Below are positions 1 through 10,370 of a DNA stretch of 64,000 nucleotides, one piece after another. The notes beneath the pieces were generated by a model. It was not told where the DNA came from. It saw only the letters and a list, made by a program, of their open reading frames with translations, and did no database searches. The stretch is from assembly GCA_020137815.1 (NCBI GenBank), contig CM035357.1, positions 1,860,001-1,924,000 on the forward strand, read 5' to 3'. The DNA is from Hormiphora californensis. Taxonomy: Eukaryota > Animalia > Ctenophora. The stretch's first letter is position 1; the number at the start of each line of letters is the position of its first letter. The position numbers and the translations under genes were made by a program.

Positions 1-2597
1 CTATCTCCATCTTGGCAGCCCTAATTCTCATCCTCACAAAGAGTCCGGCTACCATGGCAACCACTGCGACAGAAAACAGTCCAAACATTCCACAGATCAG
101 TGTGTTTTGTTGGCAGTACCCACAGTCGTCACCGGTACAGGGTGGCTCCGTGTCACCTGCCACAATGGCGTTGGAATTACCGTCTGATCCGCTGGTGTCG
201 TTGTGACCTGTACCATGACACTCGGTGTAGGTTTCTCCCCCACACTCCAGGATGACGCTGGGAAGAGGACGATAGTGTTATTACAGTTGGACCCCGATTT
301 ACCGGGGGGGGGGGGCTGACACTGGGAAGAGGGGAGAGTGTTATTACAGTTGGACCCCGACCCGGGGGGTAGTAAACAGGAGTGTTAATAGTAGTACTAA
401 AAGTAAAAAGTTACTCTTACCCCCCACACTCCAGGATGACGCTGGGAAGAGGGGAGAGTGTTATTACAGTTGGACCCCGATTTACCGGGATCCTCGGGGG
501 AAGCCATTTTGTAAATCGGGGGGTAGTAAACTGGAGTCTGGCAATTATTGTTGATCACCTCAAAGAAACTAAAATAAAAAGTTACTCTTACCGACATCCT
601 TCCAATCCCTCTCCTAATTGTGACCATCCACACACTTCAATTGAAACACTTTCCTCGATACCTAGAGGTTTAGTTGTTGAAATTAGAAAATATCGTTCGG
701 CCAATCACTATCATGGGCCTCAAAGGGTTAAAGCAATAAAACAAACGATGCAAATTGTAGGGAAAAGCCATCAGTGATGGACTGGTTTTCCCTAAAATTT
801 GATGGTCCATCATATTATCCTGATAATTACCGTCGCAGGTACAGCTGTAATGACCATCATCCTCCTTTGATGCAGATTGAATCCACAGAGAACCGTTCTT
901 CAGTATCTCCTAAAGATGATCACATTTACAAGGTTCAAACTGATTATCCATACTGTACCCGGCGCCATTCCGGGGATAAAAACGGAACGAAAGTTTCTAC
1001 CTCAAAGGCGATAAAGATATAAAATGTTGTTCTTAAAACTGAATCGATCTTACTGCAAAGGATGGTCGTGTTTTCCATTCAATGTCTCCCCTACAACCCT
1101 CCCCGCACGAAACCAGGGTCTGGTAACCCTCCGGGACGTAGACCGTGGTTTTTAGGTCTGAGACCACCTTTAGGATTTTAACCACTTTCTTCGCTATAGA
1201 GATAATATCGTAATGTTATTTCTTAAAGTGCCTGGGTAAAACACTAAGGAAAAACAGTCGGACCTCAATTTACCGGGATACACGGGGGAAGGCCGTTTCA
1301 CCCGGTAAATCGAGATCAGGCTGTGTCGCTAAAAATGATTTCGCTGGCACTAGTGGAGATCCTAAACCTATACAATCCCCTTCAGGAACCGACCGAATCA
1401 GGAAATACTGGTCCCTGATTGGCTGATAACCAGTCACGTGACCTAAATAACGAGTTCTGATTGGCTGTTTACTTGTTTCGGTCGGTTCCCTAGTCCCCTT
1501 ATATTTGGTATGATATTACTAAGCTTGTCATCTACCTACCTCCACAGCTGCAGCTATATTCCCCGTCGTCGGACCTTGTCAGCGCTTCAATCAGCAATGA
1601 TCTATCTGATTGTTGAACCTGTGAGAGATTTCATCTTTTGTACAATTTAGGGTTAGTGTCAGAGTGGTAGACATTCATCCCAGTGTTTAGTTATAATAGC
1701 CGGTACAACACCATCCCTATCCTAATCATGCATGTCTCATAAACTGTTGGCCAATCCAATTTTCACTTTTCAGTTATCGGAATGTTTTCAGATAACTACA
1801 CAATATATTATGTAGTTGTCGGTTGGTAGAAACGCTGTAAGGCCAATGCTCTGACGGCTGACCACAGTTCTCGGGCGAGAGAAATGAGAATAGGGTCAGG
1901 CCAATGCTCTGACAATAAAACGCAGATCTGTCAGATTGGGATAAATTGAAAACTTACTGCTGACGGTGGGATAAATTGAAAACTTACTGGTGACGGTAGT
2001 ATCTCAGAGTGGGATAAATTGAAAACTTACTGCTGACGGTGGTATCTCATCCCACTTGGTCATCATCGTGCAATTATCCATACACTTAATCTCCTTCCTG
2101 TCCCCGAGCCGACCCCCGATTTCTTCACGTATGGCCCGACTGCTCTCCCTGGGACACAATGGATCCCTGTCGGCTTCAGTAAAATCCAGTTGTTCCTTGG
2201 GGATGTAACAGCTTGCTTTTTCGTAGTTCTTTTTACTAATTACCACGTAACACCACGGACCATACGTTTTCCGGTCCGGGTTGCGGCAGTAGCTGTGGTT
2301 TCCAATATCTAATGGGGCGTAATTTGTGATATAGGCAAAGGGAAACATGTACCATGGTTGCCATGGTTACCACATGAATATTTCCTGGCATTGCTCTTCA
2401 CACTTACCGTACTCCTCACGAAGCTCTTTAGAAAGTTCCCGATTTTCAGCTATAAACGCCGTTATCCAATTAACACATTTATAATTGTTCGTAGCCACAC
2501 TCGTGCATCCCCTGTACAAAACAGTCCGATCTTCCTCACCACTCCCAAGGACTGCATTCAGACTGACTATAAAAACTAGACAAACTAACAACAACAT
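1..2597 (-). CDS. Type I membrane protein: signal peptide, kringle, two Ig-like domains, stalk, TM helix; runs off the window
   Basis: GT-AG exons 2597-2408, 2308-2031, 1618-1540, 1193-1054, 909-831, probably 661-592 and 257/207-1. Kringle: YRGCTSVATNNYKCVNW...DIGNHSYCRNPDRKTYGPWCY. Ig F-strand motifs LLIEALTRSDDGEYSC and LWIQSASKEDDGHYSC lie on two 79-nt exons. TM ICGMFGLFSVAVVAMVAGLFV is followed by RMRIR. The frame near 97-257 is ambiguous. Confidence 0.8.
1383..1491 (-). mobile_element. MITE family A (~109 bp, TIR CAGGAACCGACCGAA)
   Basis: Near-identical to copies at 2882, 27673, 39599, 53660 and 55332; flanked by repeated tcccctt. Confidence 0.85.
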
Positions 2598-2812
2598 GGT
2601 AAAATAAGGAATAGTGCAGTTGTATTAGGAGCGGGGTATCGGGGGAGGATGACAGCTCTGCTCTGGTGCTACTCAGGGGCTAGTTTTGTAAAACGATACA
2701 ATAACCCAGTAAAAAGATTCCCCGCCATTGTGTCCCCAGTATATGACTGAATAATATATGTAATGAATGACTTCATATTTTGAATAGCACTGTGGGATGA
2801 CTTGATATTATA

Positions 2813-4877
2813 ATGAAGATTGGGGACGTGGGATGCCTTGTCAAGATTACACCTTGCATCAAGTAAGTGTTTAGTGTACGCCAGGAACCGACCGAAACTA
2901 AGTAAACAACCAATCAGAACACGTTATTTAGGTCACGTGACTGGTTATCAGCCAATCAGGGACCAGTATTTCCTGATTCGGTCGGTTCCTGGTTTAGTGT
3001 ACGCCCATACTTATTGATCCCTAGCCTACAGCTCACTCAAAGTTTCTCTCTAGCCGCATTCCTCACCATCTAAAATCCCACCAAACTATGATCTAGATTT
3101 CCTTCCCATCTCCTTCTGAAGATGATCACCCTTTACGTCCATATATGGTCAATTATTGATATCATATGCCCATATATGGACATGTCACTTTCTGCAGATG
3201 GTGGTGAAGTAGAGGGACGTGTTTATACGGTTGACCCAGAATCAGGGACCCTCATCCTGGTCACCCCGACAGACACCCTCTTTATCCCTTCATCTGCCGT
3301 TCTGGATATGGCAATTGTTGAAAAACCTGGGTAAGATTTGTTCGACCCTCTCCCCCCCTGGGTTTGTTCGGGCCTGAGAGAGAGCAAAGCATGGTAAATA
3401 TATTTAATCAGGCAGACAGATTTTCAATTGGGCGTGGTGTGATGCACCTTACACAATATTGTCATCCCAGACATCTTTTACGAGGTGGTGGGTCCTATAA
3501 ATATAATTTTTATTTCTTTGTACAAGTTGTGAGATCAGTGTCCTTGTGGTATAATAAGATTTTTCCCGGTATATCTGGGTGCCCGGTGTATATATCGGGG
3601 TCAAATACCGCTAACTTCCTATATCGGGGGGAATTCATCCTCCCGGTAAATCGGGTTCCGACTGACGACTGTATGCACATTGGTATAGTGAGTCATTGTG
3701 TGTGTATACGCTGTACTAGTCCTCCTATAAATCGTCACGTAATGTTAGAAAGAGTTAAAAAATTGATGAGGGGGCATATGTTAGCTGATTGTAATATCTC
3801 TTTAGCTTCATGCTCAATAGTCTGAATTGTTAAAACGGCATGTCCCGCAATGAGGGCTCTCCTTTACGGTGGTATACATATATCTTCTTTCTTTACAGTC
3901 ACTGTGTAAGTGTAAAGCAAGAAGAGAAGTATAACCCTCACTGAAGCATACCACTATCATGGTACATGACCCGGTGTATTGATCAAGTACATTCTGGAAC
4001 TTTCTAGTTTGAAACTACAGAGACGTATAATATCGGAACAGCGGTTATTTTATCTGTTGTGATCAAGAAAGTTCTATCTGCCGTACAATATGTTTTAACA
4101 AGGTCTACACAATTATTGTGTGTCGTAATATTCAAGTGCCGTCGAACCCCGATTTACCAAGTCCCGTCTTACCGGAACCTTGATTTACCGGGAGGATAAA
4201 CTTCCCCGATATAGGCAATTAACAGTTTTTGACCTCGATATACCGGGTACCCCGATTATACCGGGCAAAACCCTTTCCCCCGAGCATCCCGATAAACCGG
4301 GGTCCGACTGCACAATATAAATGTTTACAGGTTTGATTGCCTACAGGAGATAGACAAGGCCTACTTTCCTTCGATGGTAGATAAAATTGAAACTAGAGAT
4401 TGGGATCAAGTTAGAAAGGATCTACTAGATCATTTTACTAAACACAGGATACCCATTGAGGTTTGTTGAACTACACATTCAAACTTGCCTTCTTCGACCC
4501 TCTCTCTCTCTGCACCCTGGGAGTTGGGTACGGTGTCCCCTCTCTTCTTGGGAATCCCGAATTAAACGTAGCGCGCGAGACAACATAAGAGAGAGACAGC
4601 GCAGGACGATAGAAGAAAGAGGGGATATCATACCCAACCCTGGGAGAGGGTTATAAAAAAGTCAAGCCTTCTGTTAAATTAAGGTTACGGTGATTCATAA
4701 TTAACACAAGTTATATCCACACAGGCCGCAGATACCTCTGGAGGACCTGGGTATCTTTGTATAGCGGGATGTGTCATACTAAAGCCACCCTACAAAGTGT
4801 GTTCATCAACCAATGACATTATCTTGGCCCGAGTCCAGAAACTCCTTGATTCATTCCATAATGAGGTCGGCAGGTAG
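2813..4877 (+). CDS. GEMIN6: Gemin6 (SMN complex Sm-like protein)
   Basis: Exons 2813-2862, 3198-3330, 4331-4460, 4725-4877. EGRVYTVDPESGTLILV and HRIPIE...LCIAGCVILKPPYKVCSSTNDIILARVQKLL match Gemin6 motifs (GWVLTTDPVS; LCVAGVLTIDPPY..CSSSNEIILSRVQDL). Exon 1 needs one base removed near 2852 to join in frame, likely an assembly indel. Confidence 0.85.
2882..2991 (+). mobile_element. MITE family A in Gemin6 intron 1
   Basis: 15-bp TIRs; 13-bp direct repeat gtttagtgtacgc on both flanks. Confidence 0.9.
4139..4310. mobile_element. MITE family B (TIR CAGTCGGACCCCGATTTACCGG); fragments also at ~284, ~467, ~1256, ~3565-3664, ~26755-26880, ~42343-42434, ~48565
   Basis: Inverted termini and internal gatttaccgg/gatataccgg repeats. 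The copy at 55543 has a TA target duplication (Tc1/mariner-like). Confidence 0.75.
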
Positions 4878-5095
4878 CACAGAATATAGTTGGGTATCAT
4901 GGTGTCCTTTCCCTTTTTCAAAAGGTTGTCAGGAGGGATATCTTTGATCTGATAATTGACCTAGCACATGTTGGGTATCATGGTGCCCTCCCTTTCCCTT
5001 TTTCAAAAGGTTACCAGGAGTTGCCTTGTTCGTTACCATGCTCCGGGTTTGAACAAAACAAGCCAGGAGGAGGGACATCTTTGATTTAGTAATAA

Positions 5096-5600
5096 CTAGT
5101 AGGCCCGTTCGCCCTACGGGCGAATTTCGGAGAAATGGTAGCTTGATTAGGGAACGCTGACATCACCTGCACCATCCGTTCCTAGCCTATCTCTCACTTT
5201 CTCCCTACCCATGTTGTTGTACGCTCTGGGCTTCCTGACAATGTCAAGGTGCGAATTTAAGAGATCAATGTCAGGGAGGTGCAGTGCTGTTCCAGAAACT
5301 CATCACGTGAAAACTTGGCCGCTAAGCTATGTAGCCGATTCGGAGATTTCTATATTCGACTGGAGTAATCACCCTTGGTCGATGTTGGGTAAAGCTATCA
5401 GTAGTCGTTGATTGGCTCGCTTGAACACGTTGGCGTAATCTGTCATGATCTCTAGCCTGCTCCCTGACAGCAGCAGTTTTCCTGGACCCAGATGACCGTT
5501 GCCGAATAGCGCTTGGGGTTGAAGAGTTAGACATCAGGACAAAAGTAAAAGAATGCACGTGCAGAATTGAATTTCCCTTAGTACCCAAAACTGCAACTGG
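5096..5600 (-). mobile_element. Helitron-like element 3' end with degenerate coding remnant
   Basis: Minus strand has a GC hairpin ttcgccc-gta-gggcgaa, then 8 nt, then CTAG|T. Broken frames upstream (LHLPDI..VRKPRAYNNM) resemble the IR.YN motif region of Helitron Rep/Hel N-termini. The 5' end was not located. Confidence 0.45.
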
Positions 5601-5779
5601 GAGTGAGGTTTCTAAGTTGCTCTAATAATTGCACGTGCAGGTGTAGTTGCTAGGTGATGTAGCACTGACAATTTGAATAGTAAGTAGTATGATTGACCTA
5701 GCACAATTATATATTGATATTGTTTATGACAGCGTTTTTATCTATTTATTGTTTTTGTTTAGCACAATTAGTTTTTACT

Positions 5780-7058
5780 CTGATGGATCAATTCACCCTC
5801 AAATTCTCCACTTCCCGCTAAAACACCCATATATCTCCACTACCCCCGCTAAACCACCAACACATTTATATCTCCACTTCGGCACTCCCCCCCCCCCCCT
5901 CTAAAACACACTCAAATTCTCCACTTCCCCCGCTAAAACACCCTCAAATTCCCCACTTCCCCCCCTAAAACAACCATATATCTCCACTTGATCCCCCTAA
6001 AACACCCATAATTCTCCACTTGATCCCCCCAAAACACCCATGTGTATTTATAGCCAGGATGTTTAGTTGTAACCAGCCATGTGTATTTATAGCCAGGATG
6101 TTTAGTTGTAACCAGCCATGTGTATTTATAGCCAGGATGTTTAGTTGTAACCCCCCCCCCCCCCGCTAAACCACCCATGTATATTTATAGCCAGAATGTT
6201 TAGTTGTAACCCCCCCCCCCCCCCCCGCTAAACCACCCATGTGTATTTATAGCCAGGATGTTTAGTTGTAACCCCCCCCCCCCCCCCCCCGCTAAACCAC
6301 CCATGTATATTTATAGCTAGGATGTTTAGTTGTAACCATGTGTATTTATAGCCAGGATGTTTAGTTGTAACCCCCCCAAAACCACCCATATATAATATCT
6401 CCACCCCCCCCCCCTAAAACACCCTCAAATTCTCCACTTGATCCCGCTAAAACACCCCTATCCATCCTCAAATTTATAGCCAGGATGTTTAGTTGTAACC
6501 CCCCCCCCCCCCCGCTAATACACCCATGTGTATTTATAGCCAGGATGTTTAGTTGTAACCCCCCCCCCTAAACCACCCGTGTGTATTTATAGCCAGGATG
6601 TTTAGTTGTAACCCCCCCCCTAAACCACCCGTGTGTATTTATAGCCAGGATGTTTAGTTGTAACCCCCCCCCCCCCGGTAAAACACTCATGTGTATTTAT
6701 AGCCAGGATGTTTAGTTGTAACCCCCCCCCCCCCCCCCGCTAAAACACCCCTATATTTATAGCCAGGATGTTTAGTTGTAACCCCCCCCCCCCCCGGTAA
6801 AACACTCATGTGTATTTATAGCCAGGATGTTTAGTTGTAACCCCCCCCCCCCGCTAAAACACCCCTATATTTATAGCCAGGATGTTTAGTTGTAACCCCC
6901 CCCCCCCCCCCCCCGGTAAAACACCCATGTGTATTTATAGCCAGGATGTTTAGTTGTAACCACCCCCCCCCGCTAAAACACCCCTATATTTATAGCCAGG
7001 ATGTTTAGTTGTAACCACCCATGTGTATTTATAGCCAGGATGTTTAGTTGTAACCAGC
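5780..7058. repeat. Minisatellite, core ATGTGTATTTATAGCCAGGATGTTTAGTTGTAACC with variable poly-C
   Basis: Many tandem copies with 36-60 bp period, preceded by tctccacttcccc/aaaacaccc repeats. Confidence 0.95.
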
Positions 7059-8554
7059 AGTCCAACCCAAATGACGAATCAGTACTCAGGTCCTCATTAC
7101 GCTCCCCCATATTACTTCCTATTGGTGATAATAACAGCGGATGCAAAGTTATCGACCTGAACTTTCACGGAGCTACCGTCCATGTGAGTTAAATTTAACT
7201 AAATGTGCTTTTCATCAGTTTAGTTTTTCTTTGGGGTTTAAACACCTTAAATACAACTCAACCTAGACCTAATTTATTACACTAATCCTGCTACTAGCTA
7301 CAGTTGAATTTTCTATATCCCCTTCAGATTAAAGAAGTTTCATTTGTTAACAACTACTCTGCATTCGTGACTATAAAGTTCCGGAAACGCTCTCTTGCTG
7401 GGTTTCCTGGTAAGATATATCACAGAGAAATGTACATGTCCTTCAATCGATCTTTTTGAGTTCTACCAGCTTTTAAGCATCCCAAATATGACCCAAAGGA
7501 GTAATGACCCAACCCTGTGACCCCCCCCCCCCCCCCGACCGAACTTACCCTACCGCTACACCCCCCCCCCCCCTGCCCCCTAACTTGACCCTCCATCCTA
7601 CCCGGCTTGACACCCCACCGCGACCCCCCGCCCACAACTTATTCCCTAACCGCTGACCCCCCAACCCCCCCTATCCCGCCCCCTGATCCCCACCCCCTTA
7701 CTTTACCTCAACCGGCTGAACCCCCCCCCATCTACCCCCCCCGCGGCCCACCTGACCCTCTATCACCCTCACCCCCGAGCCCCCAAACGAACTTCCTCCA
7801 CCCCCACCCCGCCCCCCCCCCTTAATATCCCCTAACGCGACCCCCCCCCCCGCCTGATTCCTGACCTTTCACCAACCTGACACCTCACCACTTAACTGCG
7901 GGACCCTGAATTCCTGAATTTTACGACTGCTGCACCATCATTGGTACCACTCCGCCCCCCGGACCCCTGACATTTATCTTCCTGACCTTGTAACACCCCC
8001 GCACCCGTTTGCTGATTCTAGAATTGTTCACTAACTCTTAATCTCCATGCTCCCACCACACGCAACCCCCCCCCTTAATAGTTACTACTATGTATCCTAA
8101 GGACTCCCCAATACGAGGTCATACGCATATTGGTACCAAGAAACTCACTGACGTGTTAATGGGGACAACGTTGATCGACTGGTTCCCTATTGTACAACTT
8201 CCTACACACATCTTGGAATCCTTTGGATTTGGGATTTGTCCTGAGTACGACGGGCAATACGTCCCTGGAGTATTCAAACCTGTTGTTTCATCTTTGGTCT
8301 ATCTTTTTGTCTAATCGGTCCTGTCTCTCTTGTTCTGACTTATAAAGACCTTGTTTACGTAGTTCTCGTATCAATACTATCTATCAGGATTATCTTTCTG
8401 GGTTCTTTATTTTTCCCCCTCATGATTCTGCCCGAGGTGCTGACAAGTTTTATCGTACGCCATCCTATGAAACTATTGAAATTTGAATGTTACAGTCGGG
8501 CAGAACCGGTGAGTGGAGAGGAGTTCCAACCTTCGTAGAAGTTACAAACCAGTT

Positions 8555-9802
8555 CGATCTATCTCTCTGTCCCTCTCCCTCTGTCTCTCTATCCACCAAA
8601 AGTAGTATGCACTGCTTGCGACCTCTCATTTTTGCAAAATTTACTAAAAGTTAGGGAGGGTTCTCCCCTTTTTTGTATTTTTTTAATTGACATTTTCAGT
8701 GCGGTCGACCGGTACTGTACTTAATATCAATGGGGTGCAGGTCCCCACCATTATATAAGAAGCTCATCAAGTGACATGGACAGTAGATCAAGAACCTAAA
8801 GTACAATGACTCTTGGAATGTTTACACGCCCATACTGACATACTGCATACAGTCAGCCTTGATATGTAGACGTGCCAGTTGCTTATTGCTTAAATTGCTC
8901 GCTTATTGCTTAAATTGCTCGTGTAGGTCCTGCAGTACCCACTAGACGAGACTTCGGAATTATTACATATAAGTATGTAATATAATAGCTGGGTATGATA
9001 CCTCCGCCATCAGCCCCGAAGGGCAATCTTACTACAACACAGCAACCTTTATATCACCCATCTCGGATAGAAACTTTCCTTGTGTTCTGATATGTGCATA
9101 ATATTCTATGTGGACGCTGGTAAATAAACAATATAATGCTCTCTCGATCTATCTCTCTGTCCCTCTCCCTCTGTCTCTCTGTCCACCAAAAGTAGTATGC
9201 ACTGCTTGCGACCTCTTATTTTTGCAAAATTTACTAAAAGTTAGGGAGGGTTCTCCCCTTTTTTGTATATTTTTAGTTAGACCTTTACAGGTTGGAAAAC
9301 CTGGAGTTATAGTCGTTCAGACTCTGCTGCATCTGTGTGCGGGAAGTCAATGACTTACCCGCCTTTGGCTCAATACAATGTGGATACGAACATCCTGTAC
9401 ATTACTGTACGTTTAGACTTGGCTGGCGCCTCTTCATCTGCCCCGAAGGGCAATCTTACTAGAACTCAGCAAGCTTTATATCACACATCTCGGATAGAAA
9501 CTTTCCTTGTGTTCTAGTAAGAGCAACATTTAAAGAGATGTAGAGAGGTGATGGTTAATGAAATGCATTATGTACGGCAGGGTTATAAAATATTTAATAT
9601 TTTGCTTTCTAGCTCTCTCTCTATTTGACGTCACAGGTACATGTCCACATTTTCAATCGAATACATATATTACACTTCCTTGTCTACTACTGCATTCTAT
9701 CCCCCATTCTCTCTCTGCATACTAAAACCATTCTCTCTCTCTGCATTCTATATAACCATTCTTTCTCTATATCATGTGAGATGTATATAATCTCATTTTA
9801 TA

Positions 9803-9885
<83 letters not shown>

Positions 9886-9896
9886 TCTCTCTCGTC

Positions 9897-9929
<33 letters not shown>

Positions 9930-10370
9930 CCCTTTTTTCTCCCCTACCTCTTCTTCCCTTCCCCCCTTTGCCCCTTCCCCTTTCCCCTCTCTTCTCCCTC
10001 TCTCCTCTCTCCCCTTTTCCCCCTCGCTCTTCGTCAAGAAAACCTTTTACGCCAGTGCGACCTTTTATTTTAAAAATTTTTGGCAAAAGGTGGGGAGAGT
10101 CCCCCCTTTTTATTTTTTGTTTAATTTTCGGGCTTAAAGCCCTTTAAACCGTTTAAGTCATGGGTCATTTCATAAAAGGTGCTCGAGAAAGTCGGGAGGT
10201 ACCCACCAAGTACCCACCAGACGAGACTTTGAAATTCTTATACTTTAAGTACAAGTACCACGGTACTGGAAATTATTTTGGGGGCCCCCCCTCCCCCCGA
10301 AGGGCAATTTATATAACACGCAACCTTTATACCCATCTGGGAAAACAGAAATTTCCCTTGGTTTTGATGG
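8555..10370. repeat. Locally duplicated blocks (8557-8690/9145-9275; 9012-9088/9440-9515; degraded copy ~10190-10370) and (CT)n at 9805-9930
   Basis: Direct sequence identity between the blocks. Confidence 0.75.

Noticed and set aside
2385-2407. 23-nt micro-intron in the kringle gene
   Set aside because: It shifts out of the kringle frame; the 99-nt intron 2407-2309 gives the correct domain.
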